Assembly: GCA_012523355.1 (NCBI GenBank)
Contig: JAAYIR010000207.1
Span: 1 to 58,012 of the forward strand
Source of the DNA: a candidate division WS1 bacterium
GTDB taxonomy: Bacteria > Armatimonadota > Zipacnadia > Zipacnadales > Zipacnadaceae
Length of the DNA: 58,012 nt
Reading direction: 5' to 3'
Position 1 is the first letter of the stretch. Each line of letters begins with the position of its first letter. The notes below the pieces were generated by a model, which worked only from the letters and a program-made list of their open reading frames with translations, did no database searches and had not been told where the DNA came from. The translations under genes were made by a program, and so were the position numbers. Shown piece after piece: positions 43,156 through 53,994 of this stretch.

Positions 43156-44715
43156 ATGAATAGTGCCACGCCGCAACCGCGCCCTCCGGCCGAGAAGATT
43201 ATTGTGCTGGACTTTGGCGCACAGTACCTGCAGCTCATTGTTCGCAAGGTTCAGGAGCAAGGAGTGCTGGCTGAGGTCTGCCCGGCCAACACTGGCGCTG
43301 CTGACCTTCACGCCGAGCGTCCCAGCGGGATCATTCTCAGTGGGGGGCCGGCCTCTGTATATGAACCTGCTGCCCCTAGCGTGGACCCGGCCATCTTTGA
43401 CCTCGGAGTCCCCGTGCTGGGTATCTGCTACGGGCATCAGCTCATGGCGCATCTCCTTGGCGGTCGAGTGGAAGCCGGGGAGCGGCGCGAGTACGGCTTC
43501 ACTCCGATTGAAGTCACCCAGTCTGATTTGCTCCTGGCCGAAGTGGAGTCGCCGACGCAGACCTGGATGAGCCACGGGGACCGTGTCGCCCAGGCCCCAC
43601 CAGGTTTTCGCGTGCTCGCCACCAGTGGGTATACGCCTATCGCCGCTATGGGAGACACCGACCGGCACTTGTACGGTGTGCAATTCCACCCGGAGGTGCA
43701 CCATACACCTTGTGGCAAGCAAGTACTCCACAACTTCTTGCGCCGGGCTTGTGGATGTGTGAGCACCTGGGAGCCGGAAGATTTCGTGGAGCAGGCTCTT
43801 CAGGAGCTGCGGACACAGGTGGGGACGGATCGGGTGTTGTGTGGCCTGTCGGGTGGAGTGGACTCCTCTGTGGTGGCGGCGCTCCTGGAGCGGGCCATCG
43901 GGGACCAGCTTGTCTGCATGTTCATTGATCACGGCCTGCTGCGTAAGAACGAGGCCGCTGAGGTCGGTGAGTTCTTCGGCCCCCGTCTGGGAGAGCGTTT
44001 CGTGGCAGTAGATGCCTCGGAAGTCTTCCTGGAGAGACTGGGTGGGGTCACAGACCCGGAGGAGAAGCGACAGATTATCGGCGAGACCTTCATTCGCACC
44101 TTCGAAGTCGAGGCGGAAAAGATCGGCACCTTTCGCTTTCTGGCCCAGGGCACAATCTACCCGGATGTGATCGAGAGCGGCGGCGGCTCTACGGCGACGA
44201 TCAAGTCGCATCACAACGTCGGTGGCCTACCGGAGAACATGAAGTACGAACTGCTGGAGCCCCTGCGCCGTCTGTTCAAGGACCAGGTTCGGCAACTCGG
44301 GAGGCGGCTGGGTCTGCCTGCCTCACTCACCGAACGGCAGCCCTTTCCCGGTCCCGGCCTCGCGGTCCGGATCATCGGAGAAGTCACGCCCGAGAGACTG
44401 ATGCAGGTCCGGGAGGCCGACCATATCTTCCGGGAAGAGCTACGCGCGGCGGGGCTGGAGACCGGTATCTCTCAATGTTTCGCCGTCCTCGCCGACATCA
44501 GGTCCGTGGGCGTGATGGGTGACGACCGCAGCTACGCGCACCCTGTCATCCTGCGTGCTGTAGTAACCGAGGACTTTATGACTGCCGACTGGGCTCGTCT
44601 ACCTCACGATCTCCTGGCCCGCGCTGCGAGTCGCATCGTGAATGAGGTCTCAGGCGTCAATCGAGTCGTCTACGATATCACCTCCAAGCCCCCGGGGACG
44701 GTGGAGTGGGAATAG
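43156..44715 (+). CDS. guaA: GMP synthase (glutamine-hydrolysing)
   Basis: GATase ([11 protein letters not shown]), the PP-loop [10 protein letters not shown] and the C-terminal [11 protein letters not shown]...[11 protein letters not shown]. Confidence 0.95.
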   Translation: MNSATPQPRPPAEKIIVLDFGAQYLQLIVRKVQEQGVLAEVCPANTGAADLHAERPSGIILSGGPASVYEPAAPSVDPAIFDLGVPVLGICYGHQLMAHLLGGRVEAGERREYGFTPIEVTQSDLLLAEVESPTQTWMSHGDRVAQAPPGFRVLATSGYTPIAAMGDTDRHLYGVQFHPEVHHTPCGKQVLHNFLRRACGCVSTWEPEDFVEQALQELRTQVGTDRVLCGLSGGVDSSVVAALLERAIGDQLVCMFIDHGLLRKNEAAEVGEFFGPRLGERFVAVDASEVFLERLGGVTDPEEKRQIIGETFIRTFEVEAEKIGTFRFLAQGTIYPDVIESGGGSTATIKSHHNVGGLPENMKYELLEPLRRLFKDQVRQLGRRLGLPASLTERQPFPGPGLAVRIIGEVTPERLMQVREADHIFREELRAAGLETGISQCFAVLADIRSVGVMGDDRSYAHPVILRAVVTEDFMTADWARLPHDLLARAASRIVNEVSGVNRVVYDITSKPPGTVEWE

Positions 44716-44786
44716 GACACCAACACGGAGACCGCGCCACCGCTGTGCGAGAAGAAGTCTCTGCGCTGACGCGGGATTGAAGTCAG

Positions 44787-45377
44787 ATGAAACAGCCTTC
44801 CGATATGGAGCCTCCTGATCAGCCCGCCTTCTGCCAGGGCCAGATTTCCCAGGTCCTCCTGTGCCCTGAGCAGATTGCGGCGCGGGTCGCGGAGCTGGGT
44901 GAGCAGATCACTCGCGATTACGCGGGCCGCGAGTTGACCGTGATGGGTGTCATGAACGGCGCCTGTGTCTTCCTGTCCGACTTACTCCGACATCTGGATC
45001 TCCCGATCCGCGTGGACTTCGTTGCCGTCCACAGCTACGGCTCCGGCACCAAGTCCTCCGGCCAGCTGGAGATGGTCAAGGGCCCCACCTGTCCCCTCTG
45101 CGGGGAGCAGGTCCTGCTGGTCGAGGACATCATTGATACCGGTTGGACCATCTCCTGGCTCCGCCAGCAGTTAGAGAAGCAGGGCGCCGAGGTGCGCATC
45201 TGCTCACTGTTGGACAAGCCGGAGCGCCGCGAGACTCAGGTCCAGGTCGAGTACCTGGGCTTTGAGGTTCCTAACGTGTTTGTGGTGGGTTACGGCATAG
45301 ACTTCGCCCACCACTACCGGAACCTGCCGTATGTAGCCGTACTGAAGCCGGAGGCCTATGAGGTGGAGAAGAGCTAG
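44787..45377 (+). CDS. hpt: Hypoxanthine-guanine phosphoribosyltransferase
   Basis: The PRPP-binding motif VLLVEDIIDTGWT, then SLLDKPERR and VVGYGIDF. The start could also be ATG 44805. Confidence 0.9.
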   Translation: MKQPSDMEPPDQPAFCQGQISQVLLCPEQIAARVAELGEQITRDYAGRELTVMGVMNGACVFLSDLLRHLDLPIRVDFVAVHSYGSGTKSSGQLEMVKGPTCPLCGEQVLLVEDIIDTGWTISWLRQQLEKQGAEVRICSLLDKPERRETQVQVEYLGFEVPNVFVVGYGIDFAHHYRNLPYVAVLKPEAYEVEKS

Positions 45378-45498
45378 AGCCTGATGTTTTGGCGATGGTA
45401 TGGTGCCGGGCGGACAACGCCGCCAACTATAATGCCCCCTTGGCGCCCTGTTTGTTGAGTCCTGATTTCCTAGTGCTGATTTTCCCGTGAGGTGCAAG

Positions 45499-46773
<1,275 letters not shown>

Positions 46774-46855
46774 GACGGGGCTGGAATCTGTTTGGAGGGG
46801 CGTTCGGGAGGTGAGCTGCACCTCTCCGGGCCCGCTCCAGAAAGGCAAGGCTGCT

Positions 46856-47689
46856 ATGACCAAACCCAGGGCTCTGGCTCTGATCGTGATCGCCACCATG
46901 GGCGTTCTGCTCGTGGGGAACGCCTCCTGCCAGACGGAAGCGCCGACGGAAGACCAGGCTGCCGTGTGCCCGCCGCCGATGCTGGCGCCGCCCCCGGCGA
47001 AGATCCAGCAGCTTACTGAAGAGATCCGTTTGCTGCAGCTCCTGAATCGCATGCAGTTTACCGCAGAACAACTTACAGCCCTTCTGCCGGTGGTGGACAA
47101 CCTCCAGAAGGAGCGCGGGCAGTTCGACGAGCAGATCGCCGCCCTCGACACGCAGCTGGAGCAGGCTCTTACCCGGCAGCGTGAACTCCTCGTAGCTGAC
47201 AAGCGGGTGCCCGCCGACTTGCACAGGCGGCTCGCCGAACTCCAGAAACAACGCGCGGAGTTGCAGGAGCAAGCCCAACTCGCCCTGGCTCAGTCCGGGG
47301 GTAGTCTGCGCAAGCTCTTGACCGCGCCGCAACTCGCGATCGTCACCGGCTCTTATGAGGCGCAACTGCAGGCTCGTGAGATGCTTGCATGGCTGCGGAC
47401 GTTGTCCGATGAGGACTTCACTCAAGAAGCCAGGGCCAATGCAGAGGGGCTGGCAATGCCCGAGAAGGGTCTGACCCAGGACCTCCTGCTACAGGTCTTC
47501 ACTACCGCGCGGAAGATGAGCGCCCCCGACTTCGCCAAGTCTGAAAACGAGCTCACTCAGCGCCTGGCCCCCGTATACGGGCTCACAGAGACCGAGGCTG
47601 ATGGTCGCCTCGCCGCGACCTTCGCCAGCCCGCACATGCCGGGGTTACTACGCGAGAAGGCTGCCACTGCGGCGGGAGGGGCAGGATAG
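46856..47689 (+). CDS. Secreted helical protein with LTXXQ-like motifs (CpxP/Spy-like periplasmic chaperone candidate)
   Basis: A signal peptide (ALALIVIATMGVLLVGNASC) on a coiled-coil-rich protein with FTAEQL and LTAPQL motifs. I chose the internal ATG at 46856. Confidence 0.5.
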   Translation: MTKPRALALIVIATMGVLLVGNASCQTEAPTEDQAAVCPPPMLAPPPAKIQQLTEEIRLLQLLNRMQFTAEQLTALLPVVDNLQKERGQFDEQIAALDTQLEQALTRQRELLVADKRVPADLHRRLAELQKQRAELQEQAQLALAQSGGSLRKLLTAPQLAIVTGSYEAQLQAREMLAWLRTLSDEDFTQEARANAEGLAMPEKGLTQDLLLQVFTTARKMSAPDFAKSENELTQRLAPVYGLTETEADGRLAATFASPHMPGLLREKAATAAGGAG

Positions 47690-47779
47690 GCAGAGGCAGC
47701 GGCCGAGACCCGTGATTCGGCCCTCAGACCAGCAGCAAATCCTGCAAGTCGTGTTCTGAAGCTGGATCGCTTCCTACCC

Positions 47780-48946
47780 ATGCGCATCGGCATTTTCACC
47801 AACACCTTTCGCCCAACGGTCAATGGGGTCGCCAAGTGTGTTGAGTACTACGAACGCGGCCTGCAGGAGCGTGGGCACGAGGTCATAGTCTTCGCGCCCG
47901 CCTCTGAGAACTACGACCGTTCCACCGATACCAGCAACGTTTATCGCTTCTCCACCCTCCCCAATCCCTTTGATGCTGATTACACCATCGCAGCCCCGTA
48001 CTCCCGGCCGGTGGCCAAGGCCTTGCGCCGCCTGGACTTCGATGTTATCCACACTCAGCACCCCTTCTGGGTCGGGGCCTGGGGCGCGTGGTATGCCCGC
48101 CTGATGGATCTCCCTCTGGTCACCACCATCCATACCGACTATCGCCTGTTCACGCACGTCATCCCCTTGCCGGAGCCTCTGGTAGAGGGCTACATGCGCG
48201 TCCGCGTGGCCAGTTACTGCAACAAGTGTGACCTGGTGACCACTCCGGTGAAGTCCATGCGGCGGCTGCTGCGGCGTCAGGGAGTGCGCACGCCCATCAA
48301 GCTCCTCCCCAATCCCACCGCCATCGCCGAGTTCCAGAAGGGGGACCGGGAAAAGGTACGTAGCCGCCTGGCCGTCTCCTCCGACACGGTCTTGCTCGGC
48401 TTTGTTGGACGCCTTAGTCCAGAGAAGAATCTCGGCTTTCTCCTGCGCGCAGCCGAACAGGTGCTCCGCTCCCACCCGCAGACCGCGCTGCTCTTGGTGG
48501 GCGACGGGCCCGAGCGCGCAGCGCTGGAGGCCCAGGTAAAGCGACCCCTGAGGGACCGCGTGTTCTTTGCCGGTGCCGTGCCCCATGCCGAGGTGCCCGA
48601 CTACCAGGCGGCCCTGGATATCTTTGTCTCCGCCAGCCTCAGCGAGACCCAGTGCCTGGCGTATACCGAGGCCATGGCCACGGGCCGCCCGGTTGTGGCG
48701 CTCAAAGCTCCGGGGGCCGAGGATATGATTTCTTCGGGGCGCAATGGCCTGTTGGCAACTGATCCCGAGGACCCCGCGGACCTGGCGTCAAAGATCGCTG
48801 AACTGGTGGAGGACCGCGAGCGCCGGTCGGCGATGGCACAGGAGGCACAGACGTGGGTCCGCCAGTTTGACGTGGTCAATGTGGCGGCCAGCCTGGAAGC
48901 GCTTTATACGCAGGCTGCAGAGCTGTCTCAAGAGGAGCCGATTTAG
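47780..48946 (+). CDS. Family-4 (GT-B, group 1) glycosyltransferase
   Basis: The N-terminus MRIGIFTNTFRPTVNGVA and a C-terminal EX7E-type block (SLSETQCLAYTEAMATGRPVVA). Confidence 0.85.
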   Translation: MRIGIFTNTFRPTVNGVAKCVEYYERGLQERGHEVIVFAPASENYDRSTDTSNVYRFSTLPNPFDADYTIAAPYSRPVAKALRRLDFDVIHTQHPFWVGAWGAWYARLMDLPLVTTIHTDYRLFTHVIPLPEPLVEGYMRVRVASYCNKCDLVTTPVKSMRRLLRRQGVRTPIKLLPNPTAIAEFQKGDREKVRSRLAVSSDTVLLGFVGRLSPEKNLGFLLRAAEQVLRSHPQTALLLVGDGPERAALEAQVKRPLRDRVFFAGAVPHAEVPDYQAALDIFVSASLSETQCLAYTEAMATGRPVVALKAPGAEDMISSGRNGLLATDPEDPADLASKIAELVEDRERRSAMAQEAQTWVRQFDVVNVAASLEALYTQAAELSQEEPI

Positions 48947-49153
48947 GCCTCGGGGGCTATCTGCCGCTGGAGGCGCCACTCGTTCCTGCCAGCCGTGCCG
49001 GAGGACTGACGTGCCCGTTTGGGGTTTTGGCTACAGTCCGGCTCGTGTGGCCCTCCCCAGCCGCATTGCACCTACAGCTGAATTAGAACCATCGTCCCTG
49101 GCCAGGCGTTGTTAGTAAGGATGGGAGCTAGTCTGCGCAAGGTGGTGAGAGTG

Positions 49154-51142
49154 ATGCGTGGCAAGACCGGCGTTGCCAGGTTGAGTGTCGCCCTGATGCT
49201 GCCTCTGGCGCTGCTGATGGCCGGCTGCGACGAGGACCGGATCGAGGAACAACTAGGCAACGCCAGCGCCGCCGCTCTGGAGCAGAGCTATTCAGTCAAC
49301 CATGATCCCCTGCTTACTGCCTGGTGTGAGGGTGTCGGTGAGACGCTTACTGCCTTCAGTACACGCCAGCAAGTCCCGTACACCTTCCGGGTCCTGGAGA
49401 CCGACATGGTCAACGCTCTCGCCACTCCCTGGGGCCATGTTTACGTGACCCAAGGTCTGTTGGATTTCGTGGAGAGCGAAGACGAGATCGTCGCTGTGAT
49501 CGGTCACGAGGTCGCTCACGTAGTCCACCGTGATGCCATGCATGGTCTCAAGCAGAGTCTCCTGTTCTCCCTGGCGGCAGGACTGATCCGGGGTCAGAAC
49601 AGGGAGGTCGGTGACCTCGCCGGCCTGGGCCTGGGGCTCCTCAGTCTGCGCTACAGTCGCCAGGATGAATACAATGCGGACGACGCCGGCACGATGCTGT
49701 GCTACCGCGCGGGCCATGACCCCCGCGGTATGCTGGACTTCTTGGATCGGCTGCACACCGAGATAGAGCGTGAGCGTTCCTGGAGCTTCCTCCAGGCGTT
49801 GCTCTCCACCCACCCGTATACGGTGAACCGGGGCCTGCGCCAGAAGAACCAACCGCATGTGGCGCTGCATACCCCTGCCGCGCGTATGCGTGTGGCGGCG
49901 GGCTATCTCCGGCGCGGCCATTACAGCACGGCTGCCAAACTTCTACAGCCCGAGGCGGAACAAGGGGCCAACCCGCAGGCGCTGCTTCTGCTTGCCGACG
50001 CCCTTGCAGGCCGAGGGTCCACCGAAGAGGCGCGCAGCCTGTACCAGTTAGCGGCTCAACACACCACCTCGGAATATCCCGGCCTGGCTCTGGCCGCCTT
50101 GGCGGCGTACACACCTCCGACCGCCCTGCCGATCACGGTGCAGGAGCAGGCCTCTGCCGCCGCTCTCCTGGCAGACGAGAGTGGGAGTCGCCGGCAGACG
50201 GTAGATTCCCTGGGCCGGGTGCCGGAGCGCAATGCCTCGTTGGCTGCACGGTTGTCTCGCCCCCGCGACGCCGGCGAACGTGCCCTGGGAACGCTTGAGC
50301 AGGTCTCCGAGAGCCGTGCGGAGGTTCCCGAGGTCTCGCGTACAGCTGCTTTGCGCGCTAATGGGGCCGTGACGCGGGCCGTGGAAGTGATCTACTCTCT
50401 GGAGCACTACCAGACTGCTTCGCAGAATGCGGCTGCTCGTACTGCCGCCATGCTGGACCGGCTAGAGGCCCAACTGCGCAGCCTCGCGGTCGGCCAAGGC
50501 CGCGGCAGCGTGCTTGACCTCAATCGCCGCGCGCTGATGGAGCTGGAGTCGGCGGCTGCCGCTCTCGAGGCCGGCGATCAGCTTGCTCGCCAGAGCTTGG
50601 CCTCCGTGGCAGAGGCCCAGGAGTCTGCGGAGCAGACTGCGCAGGTGGTACGTGAACTGATGACCACCGAGGAGCCTCCCTCTCACGTCATATCCTTGAC
50701 TCAAGATCTCACCCATGCCACGCGGAAGCTTGCCGACCAGGCGCTTGCCAAGACTCATCTGGCGCAGGAGCAGGCCCGGAAGGCAGAATTGCATGGGCTG
50801 GTCGCGGCCCTCCACTTGGCCCAGGCCGCCGCGGATCCTGCCCGCCTCCGGGGCCTGGATGTCATGGTGGCATATTACCTGCAGAGCACTCCAGCGCAGG
50901 TGGCCTCCCTTCGCGAGCGGGGCTTGGGCTATGGGGATGTTGGCGTGGCTCTGGCAGCCTCGGGCAGTACCGGTACGTCACCTTCACTGCTCGCGAGCCG
51001 GCTAGCGTCAGAGGCCAGCCTGCTTGATTCTGTCACGCTCACCTCTGAACAGACTGTGGGCATGAAGGCGATGCTCAAATTCCTGACTCAGGCCATGCTG
51101 CAGGAAGTGGACGAAACAGTCCATCCCCAGCCTCCGGGATGA
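49154..51142 (+). CDS. M48-family zinc metalloprotease lipoprotein with a TPR region and a long helical C-terminal extension
   Basis: A lipobox (LALLMAGC), the HExxH motif in IGHEVAHVVHRD, a downstream EYNADDAG, and a TPR-like segment. A further ~330 aa are Ala/Leu/Gln/Glu-rich. Confidence 0.8.
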   Translation: MRGKTGVARLSVALMLPLALLMAGCDEDRIEEQLGNASAAALEQSYSVNHDPLLTAWCEGVGETLTAFSTRQQVPYTFRVLETDMVNALATPWGHVYVTQGLLDFVESEDEIVAVIGHEVAHVVHRDAMHGLKQSLLFSLAAGLIRGQNREVGDLAGLGLGLLSLRYSRQDEYNADDAGTMLCYRAGHDPRGMLDFLDRLHTEIERERSWSFLQALLSTHPYTVNRGLRQKNQPHVALHTPAARMRVAAGYLRRGHYSTAAKLLQPEAEQGANPQALLLLADALAGRGSTEEARSLYQLAAQHTTSEYPGLALAALAAYTPPTALPITVQEQASAAALLADESGSRRQTVDSLGRVPERNASLAARLSRPRDAGERALGTLEQVSESRAEVPEVSRTAALRANGAVTRAVEVIYSLEHYQTASQNAAARTAAMLDRLEAQLRSLAVGQGRGSVLDLNRRALMELESAAAALEAGDQLARQSLASVAEAQESAEQTAQVVRELMTTEEPPSHVISLTQDLTHATRKLADQALAKTHLAQEQARKAELHGLVAALHLAQAAADPARLRGLDVMVAYYLQSTPAQVASLRERGLGYGDVGVALAASGSTGTSPSLLASRLASEASLLDSVTLTSEQTVGMKAMLKFLTQAMLQEVDETVHPQPPG

Positions 51143-51343
51143 GACCCTCTCCGACGCTCCTGGCCCTGCTCAGCCACTCTGCCCTCTCCCTGGACATCAC
51201 CCAGGCGTGTGTGTTTGCGGACAAGTCATTCACTGCGGGCTGGACGTTTGCTGTCATAGATATGCCCCGGCCAGACTGCGATATCATACAGGATGAATTG
51301 GCCGCTCGGCAGTCATTATGCGTAAGTAGTTTGCGGGGCCTGC

Positions 51344-51371
51344 TTGACAGGATTGCTCCGTAACATATAAT
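51344..51371 (+). promoter_or_regulatory. Near-consensus sigma70-type promoter of the AraR-type regulator gene
   Basis: TTGACA (51344-51349), a 16-nt spacer, then TATAAT (51366-51371), in a locally AT-rich gap. Confidence 0.55.
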
Positions 51372-51385
51372 ATTCACCCATAGCT

Positions 51386-51397
51386 AATCACGTGATT
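51386..51397. promoter_or_regulatory. Perfect 12-bp palindrome AATCACGTGATT, a candidate operator
   Basis: The sequence is perfectly self-complementary. It lies 15 nt downstream of the -10 hexamer and 41 nt upstream of the regulator ATG. Confidence 0.45.
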
Positions 51398-51437
51398 CGA
51401 AGTTTCAACCTCATTTGGGTAGGAGGCGGGGAGAACT

Positions 51438-52571
51438 ATGGCATCAAAGTCCTCCAGAGTAGTCAAGTACCAGAAAGTTAAGGAGACGCTGGCCGGTGAG
51501 ATTGAGCGTGGCAAGTATGCCCTCGGCGAACGGCTTCCGAGTGAAAAACAGCTTGCCGAGCAGTTTGAGGTAAGTATCATCACCGTGCGGCAGGCCGTGG
51601 AAGCTCTGGCTCGAGACGGTTTTGTAGAGAAGATTCAGGGCAGTGGCACCTACATCCGCCGTCTCCGTCCCGCGATCGAGCGCAAGATCTGGGCCTTTGT
51701 GGTTCCCGGTCTCGACGAATTGTGGTATCCCTCGGTAGCTGGCGGGTTGGAGGATGTCTCGCGGGCGGCGGGCATCGGCGTCATCATCCTGGGAACCGAC
51801 CTCGAGGAAGAGTCTGGGGAGAACGTACGCCGCATCGTGACCATGGGCGCCGATGGGCTTATCATCGCCCCCAGTGCCTCGCGCCGCCTTGACACTACGG
51901 TTATAAATGAACTCTCCATGGCTGGCGTTCCCTTTGTCTTCTGCGGTGACTACATCTCTGAGGTGGACGCCCCGCGGGTCCTGTGGGATTACCGTGGAGG
52001 CGCCCGCATGGGTGTCGAGCACCTGCTGGCCCAGGGCCACCGGCGGATCGCCTTCCTCAGCCATCCCGCGACCAATCCCAGCCAGGCCATGTGGGAGGGC
52101 TATCGCGCCGCTCTGACCACTGCGGGCGTGGACCCCTGGCCACCGAGAGGCTTGCAGGCCAAGAGCTTTGAGCAAACTGACCTGTATCGTGCTGCAAGGG
52201 ACCTCTTGGCCCTCTGGCCCCGCCCGACTGCGGTGTTGTGTGCCCACGACAGTGTGGCCCAGTTCATGTGCCAGGCGGCCGCGGACGCGGGCCTGAAGGT
52301 CCCGGAGGAACTCAGCGTTGTGGGTTTCTACGGTTTCCACATGGTCCGGCAGACTGAGCTGCCGCTTACCACCGTGGCCGTACCCACCCATGAACTCGGG
52401 CAGGAAGCAGGCAAGGTCTTGCTTCGTCTCATGATGGGCGGCACGGTCAACCCCGAGATCGTTCTCCCCTCCAGCCTGCGCCTCGGACGTACCACCGCCC
52501 CGCCCTTGCCCAGCGAGACCCTCATTCCTGGTCCAGCGCCAGTGAGCGACCCGGAGGTGCCGGCCGAGTAG
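51438..52571 (+). CDS. Transcriptional regulator with GntR-type HTH and LacI/GalR-type sugar-binding domain (AraR architecture)
   Basis: The N-terminus YQKVKETLAGEIERGKYALGERLPSEKQLAEQFEVSIITVRQAVEAL (a GntR wHTH), followed by a periplasmic-binding-protein-like fold (IWAFVVPGLD..., GLIIAPS, SVVGFYG). Confidence 0.85.
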   Translation: MASKSSRVVKYQKVKETLAGEIERGKYALGERLPSEKQLAEQFEVSIITVRQAVEALARDGFVEKIQGSGTYIRRLRPAIERKIWAFVVPGLDELWYPSVAGGLEDVSRAAGIGVIILGTDLEEESGENVRRIVTMGADGLIIAPSASRRLDTTVINELSMAGVPFVFCGDYISEVDAPRVLWDYRGGARMGVEHLLAQGHRRIAFLSHPATNPSQAMWEGYRAALTTAGVDPWPPRGLQAKSFEQTDLYRAARDLLALWPRPTAVLCAHDSVAQFMCQAAADAGLKVPEELSVVGFYGFHMVRQTELPLTTVAVPTHELGQEAGKVLLRLMMGGTVNPEIVLPSSLRLGRTTAPPLPSETLIPGPAPVSDPEVPAE

Positions 52572-52594
52572 CGGCCCCCACACCCGCCGTGCCG

Positions 52595-52621
52595 GAGCGC
52601 TGCCTCCCGGAGGCGGCGCTC
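52595..52621 (+). terminator. GC-rich hairpin between the regulator and the permease (terminator/attenuator candidate)
   Basis: An 11-bp stem, GAGCGCTGCCT / AGGCGGCGCTC (one G-U pair), with a 5-nt loop, followed by TTCCTGT. Confidence 0.35.
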
Positions 52622-52643
52622 TTCCTGTGGCGGTACTAAGACG

Positions 52644-53981
52644 ATGACAACAGCTGCCCTTGCCTCGACAATAATCTTCGTTTTGGTGATTGTGCTCATC
52701 ACCACCGAGCGCACACATCGTGCCACTGCCGCACTGGTCGGCGCGGCCCTGGTCCTGGTCACCGGTCTGGTGGATCAGCAAACCGCCTTCCATGGCCGGC
52801 CCGGAGTTGCCCAGGGCGTGGACTGGAACACCATCTTCCTGCTCATCGGCATGATGGTGATCGTCAACGTCACGCGGCGCACCGGCGTGTTCCAGTGGGC
52901 GGCCATCCGCTCCGCCAAGCTGGTACGCGGCCAGCCGGCTGCTCTGCTGGTGGTCTTCTGTCTGGTAACCGCCATAGCCTCGGCCTTCCTCGACAACGTC
53001 ACCACCGTGCTGGTGATTGCCCCCATCGTCATTCTCATCTGTGACGTACTGGAGACCGATGCCGTGCCCTATTTGATCTGCATGGTGTTGGCCTCCAACA
53101 TTGGTGGCGTCGCCACACTCATTGGCCATCCGCCAAACATCATGATCGGCTCAGCCGCTGGCCTCTCCTTCATGGACTTTCTGCGGATTGACATGCCCAT
53201 TGCCGTTGTCGTGCTGGTGCTCTTCTTGGTCGGAGTCTGGTTGCTGCTGCGCGGCAAGGTCAGGGTATCTCAGGAAGACCGTGATCGCCTGCTAGCACTT
53301 GACGAGACCACGGCCATTACCGACCGTCCCCTGCTGTGGTGCTGTGCGGTCGTGGTGGGTCTGACCATGGTCGGATTTACGCTACACCATGCTATGGGCA
53401 TCGAGCCGGCTACCGTGGCGCTGACGGGGGCCGCACTCCTCCTGCTCTTGCACCCCGAAGGTCCCGAGGAGTTCCTGCGCGAGATCGAATGGCCCAGTCT
53501 GTTCTTCTTCATGGGCGTGTTTGTGATGGTGAGTGCCCTGGTGAAGAACGGAGTCATCCAGGTCTTGGGGGGCAGTATCATCACCCTCAGCCACGGGAGC
53601 TTGCCTCTCCTGACTCTGGGGCTGCTGTGGCTCTCGGGACTGGCGGTGGGCTTCATGGACCACATTCCCTACACCGCAGCCGTGATTCCCCTCGTCCAGG
53701 ATGTCTTGCAGAGCTTGCACCCGGGGGCCGACCCCGCCGAGCTGGCCGGCCTGGTGCGTACCTCCAATACCCAGGTCCTGTGGTGGGCCCTGTCCCTGGG
53801 AGCGAACCTCGGTGCTAACTGGACCCTGATCGCCGCCGCCACCAATGTCGTCGTGGCTGGAACCGCGGATCGCTCCGGCCACCGGATCGCCTTCTGGCGT
53901 TTCGTCAAGTACGGCGCACCTGTCACCCTGATGAGCCTGGCGCTCTCGAGCGTGTATCTGTGGCTCCGTTTCCTGAGATAG
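52644..53981 (+). CDS. ArsB/NhaD-superfamily anion/ion permease
   Basis: A 445-aa polytopic protein with the blocks VDWNTIFLLIGMMVIV, SAFLDNVTTVLVIAP and GANLGANWTLIAAATNVV, typical of the ArsB/NhaD/CitMHS-like fold. Confidence 0.75.
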   Translation: MTTAALASTIIFVLVIVLITTERTHRATAALVGAALVLVTGLVDQQTAFHGRPGVAQGVDWNTIFLLIGMMVIVNVTRRTGVFQWAAIRSAKLVRGQPAALLVVFCLVTAIASAFLDNVTTVLVIAPIVILICDVLETDAVPYLICMVLASNIGGVATLIGHPPNIMIGSAAGLSFMDFLRIDMPIAVVVLVLFLVGVWLLLRGKVRVSQEDRDRLLALDETTAITDRPLLWCCAVVVGLTMVGFTLHHAMGIEPATVALTGAALLLLLHPEGPEEFLREIEWPSLFFFMGVFVMVSALVKNGVIQVLGGSIITLSHGSLPLLTLGLLWLSGLAVGFMDHIPYTAAVIPLVQDVLQSLHPGADPAELAGLVRTSNTQVLWWALSLGANLGANWTLIAAATNVVVAGTADRSGHRIAFWRFVKYGAPVTLMSLALSSVYLWLRFLR

Positions 53982-53994
53982 GGGGTGGCTGATC

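Noticed and set aside
43138-44214. A 358-aa ORF on the minus strand.
   Set aside because: It is antisense to guaA, whose identity is unambiguous. This is a shadow ORF.
45428-45433. A TATAAT hexamer upstream of rho as its promoter.
   Set aside because: There is no acceptable -35 element or extended -10 at the proper spacing, so I do not report it as a feature.
51444-53129. A 561-aa ORF on the minus strand.
   Set aside because: It is antisense to the AraR-type regulator and the permease. It is His/Gly/Arg-rich nonsense-like sequence and a shadow ORF.
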